Shown here: one piece after another, positions 57,279-64,000 of the stretch
How positions within the stretch are numbered: position 1 is the stretch's first letter
How the letters are laid out: each line of letters starts with the position of its first letter
Made by a program: the position numbers and the translations under genes
DNA from: a bacterium
GTDB taxonomy: Bacteria; RBG-13-61-14; DATKZS01
DNA: 64,000 nucleotides
Direction of reading: 5' to 3'
Assembly: GCA_963674965.2 (NCBI GenBank)
Contig: CAXXFL010000007.1
Location: 800,001 to 864,000 of the forward strand
The notes under the pieces: generated by a model
What the model was told of the DNA's origin: nothing
Database searches by the model: none
Seen by the model: only the letters and a program-made list of their open reading frames with translations

Positions 57279-59228
57279 TTACTCCATCTCGCGCCTGTCG
57301 GCCATATCCATAAGGACGCGCTCCCTGGCCTTGTCGATGCCGAGGGCCTTCCTCTTCTTGTCGATATGGGCGATCATCTTGTGGGCGTGCTTGATCGGGT
57401 CGGGCTCGAAGTCCCACATGCCGCCCAACTCGGCCTCGAGTTCCTCGAAGAGGTACTTGACCAGGTTCTCCGCCCCCATAATGGGGAAGGTGGTCCCGAA
57501 GACGGTGTAGACTCCGGAGGCGACGAAGTAATGGCCGATGGAGATGGCCTTCTCGCTCATCCACTCGGGCGCGCTTCCCGCGGCGGGCAGGTCCGAGATG
57601 TCGTCGCCCAGTCCGCCTTCCTTGACCACGGCGGCGGCGGCGAGCAGTATCCTCGAGTTGTCCACGCAGGAGCCCATGTGCAGGACCGGCGGGATGCCGA
57701 CCGTCTCGCAAACCTCGGCCAGTCCGGGTCCGCAGAACTTGGCGGCCGACTCGTGAGTGAGCAGTCCGGCTTTGCCGCAGGCCATGGCCGAGCAACCGGT
57801 GGTAAGAACGATGACGTCGTTCTTGAGGAGTTCCTTTATAACGGTCAGGTGGCCGTCGTCGTGGGGGGTCCTGGCGTTGTTGCAGCCGACCACGCCGCCG
57901 ATGCCCCTGATCTTTCCGTTGATGATGTTGTCGTTAAGGGGCTTGTAGCTCGCCCTGAACATCCCGCCCAGGAGGTAGGAGATGGTCTCGTGCGAGAAGC
58001 CGGCCACGACCGGTTCCTTTTCCTTGGGCACGGCGACCTTCTTGGGGTCGCGGTTCTTGAAGTTGTCGATCGCGGCCTCGACGATTTCACGGGCGCTGGC
58101 CAGCGCGTCGTGCTCCTCGAACTGGATGTGCGTGGCGTCGGGTATATTGGCCCGGTAGTTGGTGGTGATCAGCTTGGTGTGGTAGCACTTGGACACCTCG
58201 GAGAGGCTCTGCATGATGCACTGGACGTCCACGATCATGGCCTCCAGGGCGCCGGTGACGATGGCCAGTTCCTGCTGGAGGAAGTTGCCCGCGATGGGCA
58301 GGCCGTGCCTCATGATGATCTCGTTGGCCGTGCAGCACATGCCGGCGATGTTGATGCCCTTGGCCCCGACGGCCTTGGCCTTGGCGACCATGTCCTCCTG
58401 CTGGGCCGCGACCACGATCATCTCCGAGAGCAGGGGCTCATGGCCGTGGACGATGAGGTTGACGTGGTCTTCCCTGAGGCACCCCAGGTTCATCTCGGAG
58501 GCGATGGGAACGGGCGTTCCGAACATTATGTCCTGCAGGTCGGTGGCGATCATGGAACCGCCCCATCCGTCTCCCAGGGCCGCCCTGCTGCACTGCTTGA
58601 TGATGTTGTGGTATTCCATGTCCACGCCGATGTGGGTGCGGTGCATGATCTCGACGATCTCGCGGTCGATGCCGCGGGGCTGGATGCCCAGCTTCTTCCA
58701 GAGTTCCTGCCTCTTGAGGGGGGCCCGCTTGAGGCATACCAGAGGCTCCTCGCTCTGGCTGCCGTACTCGGAAAGGGCCTTTCTTCCGACCTCGATGGCG
58801 ATTTCCTTGTCGTCGCGGTCGGCGATCTCGACCCCGTAGTCCATGGCCACGGCGTAAAGCTTCTGCCTGTCCTTGACCTCGTAGCCGGGGATTTTGCCCT
58901 CGGCCGCCAGGAGGAACACGTCGGCCACGGCGCGGCCGTGGTCGGAGTGGGCCGAGGCGCCGGCGGCGACCATGCGCGCGAAGTTACGGGCGGCGATGGT
59001 CTCGACCGTGGCGCCGCACACGCCCCTGGGGGCCTTCTTGGTTATGCGGCAGGGGCCCATCGAGCAGATGCGGCAGCAGACGCCGTCGGCGCCGAAGCTG
59101 CACCTGTTCTTCTGTCCTTCCCTGACGCGGTCAAAGCAAGTGTCGCATCCATCGGCCTTGGCCTTCTCGAGGAGAGGGGCCACGGTTGGATCGACGCTGA
59201 TTATTTCCTTTTTCTCTTCATCCGCCAT
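57279..59228 (-). CDS. cooS: Ni,Fe carbon monoxide dehydrogenase catalytic subunit (AcsA)
   Basis: CSFG..GVCCRICSMGPC, HGHEP, MCCTANE, DVQC, GCNN, TGCS, GSCVDN, SEKA. Confidence 0.97.
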   Translation of the reverse strand: MADEEKKEIISVDPTVAPLLEKAKADGCDTCFDRVREGQKNRCSFGADGVCCRICSMGPCRITKKAPRGVCGATVETIAARNFARMVAAGASAHSDHGRAVADVFLLAAEGKIPGYEVKDRQKLYAVAMDYGVEIADRDDKEIAIEVGRKALSEYGSQSEEPLVCLKRAPLKRQELWKKLGIQPRGIDREIVEIMHRTHIGVDMEYHNIIKQCSRAALGDGWGGSMIATDLQDIMFGTPVPIASEMNLGCLREDHVNLIVHGHEPLLSEMIVVAAQQEDMVAKAKAVGAKGINIAGMCCTANEIIMRHGLPIAGNFLQQELAIVTGALEAMIVDVQCIMQSLSEVSKCYHTKLITTNYRANIPDATHIQFEEHDALASAREIVEAAIDNFKNRDPKKVAVPKEKEPVVAGFSHETISYLLGGMFRASYKPLNDNIINGKIRGIGGVVGCNNARTPHDDGHLTVIKELLKNDVIVLTTGCSAMACGKAGLLTHESAAKFCGPGLAEVCETVGIPPVLHMGSCVDNSRILLAAAAVVKEGGLGDDISDLPAAGSAPEWMSEKAISIGHYFVASGVYTVFGTTFPIMGAENLVKYLFEELEAELGGMWDFEPDPIKHAHKMIAHIDKKRKALGIDKARERVLMDMADRREME

Positions 59229-59310
59229 TTTATAACCTCCCTTGCGTTACCGGTCGAATTATTATTAAAGCCAGCCGATTTCGACCGATCAGTTATAGCG
59301 CCGGCCCTTA

Positions 59311-60243
59311 TTACCAAAGCTCGTCGATGAGCTCTTTTATCTTGGCAACGGACTCCGGGTGCCTCATGACCAAAAGGTCAGACCCGGCCATAAGCAGCAC
59401 GACCGCGGTCATGCACTCCATGGCGATGGCCCTTTCCTTGACGGGTCCCATTGTATCGTCCACCTGGCGCGCCTCCTTGCACTTCCAGGTTTCGTGGGAC
59501 ACGAAGTTGATCATGGGCTGCTGCATCTTGTCGTCCTGCTGGACAAGGGCCGCCATCCGGTCGCGCTCCATGACGGAGAAGGAGTACTCCATTCCGTAAC
59601 CGATGCCTCCGGTGGTGGGGTCCATGAGGATTTTTTCCGCCTTGACGCCCAGGTTCATGAGCAGCGTGTTGAGCTGCTTGGCCAGGTTGACGTCGATGGG
59701 CGTGTTGGCCGACACGGTGTTGCCCGAGGCCAGCGCTCCCGCGCCCAGCGACTTGTAGGTGGTCTCCTCGACGGGAGCGATGACGAGGTTCCTGCCCTCG
59801 CACTCGTCGCTGACTTTCCTTAGCACCTCCTGGTCCTTGGCGGTGTTGGCCGTGCCCTGCACTATGAGGGGGACGCTGATGGCGTCGAGCACCTTCTTGA
59901 CCGTCGCCACCGCCTCGTCGGCGGGCGCGTTCTTGCCGTTGGGGTCGGTGCTCTGAAGCCTGATCGAGATGATCTCGGCCCCGAACTCGTCCTGGAGCTT
60001 CTTGGCCCAGGCCGCCGGGTCGCCCAACACGTCGGCGAAGGGTTCCTTGACCGCGTCCGGCCAGTCCTCGGCGCAACCGTCCCACATCTCCATGGCCACG
60101 CGCGGCTTGTTGCCAAGCTCGCCCTCGAAGCCGTGGAAGGGATAGGCCGCGGAGCCGCCGAGCTTTACGGCCTTGTCGCCGGTCCCTATCACGACTTCAC
60201 GGATTTTTCCCGAGTAAGTTTCCTTGATTAGATCCAAGCCCAA
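59311..60243 (-). CDS. acsD: Corrinoid Fe-S protein small (delta) subunit
   Basis: DPAAWAKK, PIDVNLAKQLN, DPTTGGIGYGMEYS, MRHPES. Confidence 0.95.
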   Translation of the reverse strand: MGLDLIKETYSGKIREVVIGTGDKAVKLGGSAAYPFHGFEGELGNKPRVAMEMWDGCAEDWPDAVKEPFADVLGDPAAWAKKLQDEFGAEIISIRLQSTDPNGKNAPADEAVATVKKVLDAISVPLIVQGTANTAKDQEVLRKVSDECEGRNLVIAPVEETTYKSLGAGALASGNTVSANTPIDVNLAKQLNTLLMNLGVKAEKILMDPTTGGIGYGMEYSFSVMERDRMAALVQQDDKMQQPMINFVSHETWKCKEARQVDDTMGPVKERAIAMECMTAVVLLMAGSDLLVMRHPESVAKIKELIDELW

Positions 60244-60300
60244 CTTATTTCCTCCTTGTTTATTTTGACCTCAATCTCACGTCCACTCCGACACGGTCCG

Positions 60301-60522
60301 TCAAGCGGGATTTTTCCTCTTCTCGCTGCCGAACCAATCGTCGGAATACCAGTAGCGAAGACCGGTCTTGAGGAATTTGATTATTTCGCCCTTGTCGTCG
60401 CCAAGCTGATCGATCCAGTTGTGCTTGTCTCCCTGCTGGGACTCGCCCGCCTCGTAGGTCTCGCCGAGGATTTCTACCTCGGTCCCGTCAAAACGTTTCT
60501 TTTTAATGGTGGAATCACCCAT
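60301..60522 (-). CDS. Small hypothetical protein (73 aa) heading the acs operon
   Basis: AAAGGAGG RBS, ATG, co-oriented 57 nt upstream of acsD; aromatic C-terminus LRYWYSDDWFGSEKRK. Confidence 0.75.
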   Translation of the reverse strand: MGDSTIKKKRFDGTEVEILGETYEAGESQQGDKHNWIDQLGDDKGEIIKFLKTGLRYWYSDDWFGSEKRKNPA

Positions 60523-60719
60523 TACCCCTAACCTCCTTTCGATTGCCAGCCATCCAACTGAGATTTAATAAAAAAGTACACTTTAAACTATATATAAATA
60601 AACTTAGCCTTTAAACCAGGCGTAAAGTTCGCGCTACCTGAAACCGGTCATTCAACTTTTCTGAATCGAAAATGTTTGGATGTACTACGCCCCCGAAAAC
60701 TACTTTGCGACCGCTACAT

Positions 60720-60749
60720 AGTATACAATGATTTTTGGGCGAATGTCCA
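60720..60749 (-). promoter_or_regulatory. Putative sigma70 promoter of acs operon
   Basis: Minus strand TGGACA-18 nt-TATACT in AT-rich gap. Confidence 0.5.
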
Positions 60750-60820
60750 GCGGGAATTTCAAGTTTTTTTCATTATATCCTTTAGAAAACATTAATTTTT
60801 TCTAATTTTCATCCGCCCGG

Positions 60821-61588
60821 TCAGGGGTTGTCAAGATCGCGCTTGATCGTCTCCAGCATGCGGGCCGCCGCCGCCTTGGCGGCGTTGTCCTCGGGAAGGT
60901 CCAAAAACGATTTTAAATCAAGGTCATAATCGGTCACAAAGGGGTCCTCCGGTATCGTTCCCAGAAGTCCGACGGGAAGCTCGGAGATCGCCTTTTCCAG
61001 TCTGGGATCAAGTTCCCTGGCCCTTCCAACCACCACGTACTTTTTCATGATGGGCAGGGAAAGCTCGCTTAACAGATCGAAAAGACCGCTTACGGTCCGA
61101 ACTCCCTTCATGGAAGGGTCCGTCACCATCAAAAGCGCGTCGATTCGGGAGGAGGTCCTCCTCGAGAGGTGCTCCATGCCCGCCTCGTTGTCTATGACCA
61201 CGTAGGAATAATTGTCGACCAGGCGCTCGAGGTTGTCGCGCAGTATCGAGTTGGCCGAGCAGTAGCACCCCGGTCCCTCCGGCCGTCCCATGACGAGAAG
61301 GTCCATGTTCTTCTTTTCCACTATGGCCTGGTTGATGCGAAGCTCGAGGAAGGCGGCCTTGGTCATGCCCTGGGGAATGGTCAGCTTCCTGCCGTGGAAC
61401 TCCTCGAGCACCTGTCCCACCGTCTCCTCGGGCGTGATGCCGAGGGCGGGAGCCAGGTTCGAGTTGGGATCGGCGTCCACGGCCAGGATCGGGCCGGACC
61501 CGTTTTTAATAAGGTTCGCCACCAGTAGGGCCGAAAGCGTGGTCTTGCCCGTTCCTCCCTTGCCGCATACCGCTATTACCCTGCTCAT
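60821..61588 (-). CDS. cooC: CooC/AcsF nickel-insertion ATPase
   Basis: GKGGTGKTT, DADPNSNL, GPGCYC, DNEAGMEHLSR. Confidence 0.93.
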   Translation of the reverse strand: MSRVIAVCGKGGTGKTTLSALLVANLIKNGSGPILAVDADPNSNLAPALGITPEETVGQVLEEFHGRKLTIPQGMTKAAFLELRINQAIVEKKNMDLLVMGRPEGPGCYCSANSILRDNLERLVDNYSYVVIDNEAGMEHLSRRTSSRIDALLMVTDPSMKGVRTVSGLFDLLSELSLPIMKKYVVVGRARELDPRLEKAISELPVGLLGTIPEDPFVTDYDLDLKSFLDLPEDNAAKAAAARMLETIKRDLDNP

Positions 61589-61767
61589 TATTATTCCTCC
61601 AGCGCGGCGCGAGCCTTAAGCGCGAGTCGCCGCCGTTATGATTTCTTGATCTGGACTTTTGGAGCGCGCCGCGGGCGAGTAATTTGGCCGGCGACGCCGG
61701 ATGGCCGTCCCGAATTCTATGGTAACCTCAATTTCCGCCGCTTTCCAAAAAGCATGGGGCTCCCGGG

Positions 61768-62418
61768 TCAGGTTTTCTTTTTAATCAGGTAAAGGGCCCC
61801 GACCGGACAGACCTCGACGCATTTGAGGCAGGCGTCGCAGTTCTGCTCGGACAGGGGCCGCCCGTCAAAGGTGGATACCGCGGTTTCCATCCCTCTTTGA
61901 GTGAAGTCCAGTATCCTGCATCCCGTCACCTCGTTGCAGACGTGGACGCATTTTCCGCAAAGCACGCAGCGGTTGGGATTGAGTCCGAAGTCGAACCGGC
62001 TGTCATCGATCGGAAAATCGGGCTCGATTTTGGGGAAAGATTTTGGTTTGAGCGCCAGTTTTCGCTCGCGGGCGATCCTTTGCAGCTCGCAGTTCTTATG
62101 CGCCGGGCAGTCCTTGCACTCGAGACGGTGGACGCTCATGATCAGCTCGAACCCGGTCTTCACCAGGCGGTCCACCTTCTCGCTCCTGGTGCGGACCACC
62201 ATGCCGGGCTGGACGCGAGTAGTGCATGAGGTTACCGGCGCGGGAAGTCCCTCGACCTCGACCACGCACAGCCGGCAGGCCGCGGGAATAAAGCCCATTT
62301 CCTCCATGGCGCAAAGGTTCGGTATATAAATCCCCGCCGTGAGGGCCGTCGCCAATATGGTCGCGCCTTTTTCGGCCTCGACCTTTTTTCCGTCTATTTC
62401 TATCTCGATCTTGTTCAT
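61768..62418 (-). CDS. Fe-S subunit, NuoG/HydA N-terminus-like (HoxU/BfuA-like), no catalytic domain
   Basis: IPNLC..CRLC..TSC [2Fe-2S]; HRLECKDC.....C; CVLCGKCVHVC and CDACLKCVEVCP; stops right after the last cluster. Confidence 0.88.
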   Translation of the reverse strand: MNKIEIEIDGKKVEAEKGATILATALTAGIYIPNLCAMEEMGFIPAACRLCVVEVEGLPAPVTSCTTRVQPGMVVRTRSEKVDRLVKTGFELIMSVHRLECKDCPAHKNCELQRIARERKLALKPKSFPKIEPDFPIDDSRFDFGLNPNRCVLCGKCVHVCNEVTGCRILDFTQRGMETAVSTFDGRPLSEQNCDACLKCVEVCPVGALYLIKKKT

Positions 62419-62423
62419 CGTTC

Positions 62424-64000
62424 TCAATGCCCGCTTTTTTGTCCCTCGGGTCTTTTCTCGACCTCGGGCAGGTCCCGGAGGGGAGATATCTTTACCACCG
62501 CGTCGTACTCGGGAGGACAGACCCCCATGCAGGAGTCGCACTTCACGCAAAGGGACTGGTCCACGGCCTTGATCCGCTTCGAGGTGGTGTAAACGGCCTC
62601 GGGCGGACAGCTACCCACGCAGGCGTCGCACCCCCTGGCGCATTTTTCCGGCAGAATATAGTAAGCGGTAAAGGCCTTGCACACCTTGGCCCGGCACGTA
62701 TGATTGAGCACGTGCTCCTCGTACTCCTCCCTGAAGTAGCGCAGGGTGGTAAGGACCGGGTTGGGCGCGGTCTTTCCCAGGTTGCAAAGCGACCCGGCCT
62801 TGACGTCCTCGGCCATGCGCTCGAGCAGGTCAAGGTCCTCGATTTTGCCCTCCCCCCCCACGATCCGGTTCAGCACGTCGAGCATCTGCCTGGTTCCCAC
62901 CCGGCAAAAGGTGCACTTGCCGCAGGACTCGCGCTGAGTGAACTCGAGAAAATATCGGGCCGCGTCCACCATGCAGTTATCCTCGTCCAGGATCACCATG
63001 CCGCCCGAGCCCATGATGACCCCGGCCTTCCCCAGGCCGTCGAAGTCGATCGGAATATCGAGCTCGCTCTCGGGAAGGCAGCCGCCCGAGGGCCCTCCAA
63101 TTTGCACCGCCTTGAACTTCTTGTCCCCGGGGGGGCCGCCGCCAAGGTCGAAAATCACGCGCCTTAAGGTCGTTCCCATGGGAACTTCCACCAGGCCCGG
63201 ATTGGTGATCTTGCCGGCCAGGGCGAAAACGGCCGTGCCCTTGCTTTTCTCCGTCCCTATGGAGGAAAACCACTCGGGCCCCTCGGTGAAGATGAGGGGA
63301 ACGCCGGCCAGGGTCTTGACGTTATTGACCGAGGTGGGCAGACCGAAAAGTCCCTTTTCCGCCGGGAAGGGCGGCTTCACTCGAGGCATCCCGCGTTTAC
63401 CCTCGATCGAGGCGATCATGGCCGTTTCCTCGCCGCAGACGAAGGCCCCCGCCCCCTCGATCACCTCGAGGTCGAAGGACGCCCCCGATTCCAGGACGTT
63501 CTTGCCGAGAATGCCCGCCTCCCGCGCCTGGCGGATGGCCAGCTTGATCCGCTCGACCGCCAGGGGATACTCGGCCCGCACGTAAATAAATCCCCTCTCG
63601 GCGCCGGTGATAATGGCGGCCAGCAGCATTCCCTCCAGGAGGGCGTGGGGGTCGGACTCGAGTATGGTCCGGTCCATGAAGGCTCCCGGGTCGCCCTCGT
63701 CGGCGTTGCAGATGAGTATCCTTTCCGTCTCGGGGCTGCCTCTTAAAATCTCCCACTTGCGGCCGGTGGGAAAACCGGCGCCTCCCATGCCCCTAAGTCC
63801 CGCTCTTTTTACCATCTCCAGGTTTTCCTCGGGGGAACGGGACATGGCGTCCACCAGCCCCTTGTAGGCGCCGTTGGCCAGGGCGTCCACGAAGGAGTCG
63901 GGATCGATCGCCCCGCAGCGCCGGAGGAGTCTTCTCTCCTCCATGCCGTAGCGCGGGTAGTCCTCCATCCGGGGCAGGGACATATCGTTTTCCTCGGTGG
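62424..64000 (-). CDS. NuoF/HydB-like NADH-binding flavoprotein, 5'-truncated by window edge
   Basis: GLRGMGGAGFPTG.KW, CNADEGDPGAFMDR, GAFVCGEET, GGPSGG, ESCGKCTFCRVG, C-terminal 2x[4Fe-4S]; frame open to window end. Confidence 0.93.
   Translation of the reverse strand, partial: TEENDMSLPRMEDYPRYGMEERRLLRRCGAIDPDSFVDALANGAYKGLVDAMSRSPEENLEMVKRAGLRGMGGAGFPTGRKWEILRGSPETERILICNADEGDPGAFMDRTILESDPHALLEGMLLAAIITGAERGFIYVRAEYPLAVERIKLAIRQAREAGILGKNVLESGASFDLEVIEGAGAFVCGEETAMIASIEGKRGMPRVKPPFPAEKGLFGLPTSVNNVKTLAGVPLIFTEGPEWFSSIGTEKSKGTAVFALAGKITNPGLVEVPMGTTLRRVIFDLGGGPPGDKKFKAVQIGGPSGGCLPESELDIPIDFDGLGKAGVIMGSGGMVILDEDNCMVDAARYFLEFTQRESCGKCTFCRVGTRQMLDVLNRIVGGEGKIEDLDLLERMAEDVKAGSLCNLGKTAPNPVLTTLRYFREEYEEHVLNHTCRAKVCKAFTAYYILPEKCARGCDACVGSCPPEAVYTTSKRIKAVDQSLCVKCDSCMGVCPPEYDAVVKISPLRDLPEVEKRPEGQKSGH

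Noticed and set aside
57366-59330. 654-aa plus-strand ORF
   Set aside because: Antisense shadow of cooS
60523-60720. Cobalamin or THF riboswitch in the acs leader
   Set aside because: No recognisable conserved boxes by eye; needs an Rfam/Infernal scan
62424-64000. Respiratory complex I nuoF/nuoG
   Set aside because: Extra C-terminal ferredoxin domain, short partner and no membrane nuo genes downstream

Overview
GC-rich bacterial chromosomal window from an anaerobe that is probably deltaproteobacterial (Desulfobacterota/Myxococcota-like; inferred from TIGR02266-type PilZ genes, a MYXO-CTERM-like anchor, a Geobacter-type sdhCAB and the CODH/ACS operon). Left to right it holds: the 3' end of argJ; an orphan LarA-family racemase/epimerase; a PilZ gene; a ~12 kb block of eukaryotic-like repeat and phosphothreonine-signalling genes (3 exported ankyrin proteins, LRR, FHA, Zn-finger/WD40, Ser/Thr kinase with 16 WD40); a CsxA-like GH2; a large sigma54-preceded surface protein; an SLC13 permease/CBS/multi-receiver phosphorelay locus; a TTAA-flanked MITE; a TetR-saccharopine-dehydrogenase-like-FGGY kinase operon; a TetR-controlled glycyl-radical-enzyme (GRE) operon; REP-like hairpins; a DUF362 Tat lipoprotein; rpmE, prfA; sdhCAB; the Wood-Ljungdahl acsD-cooS-acsB-acsC-acsE operon; cooC; and a HydB/HydA-N-like module with no catalytic subunit. 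The best candidate for an undescribed system is the GRE operon. Its GRE has a non-canonical K-I-G-G-Y radical loop and unfamiliar active-site loops, and it sits with an activase, a double-SDR fusion, an acetoacetate-decarboxylase-like protein, an Asp-type acyl-CoA dehydrogenase, an exported START protein and a CocE esterase. No tRNA, rRNA or CRISPR was recognised. All calls come from reading motifs by eye; no searches or GC calculations were run.
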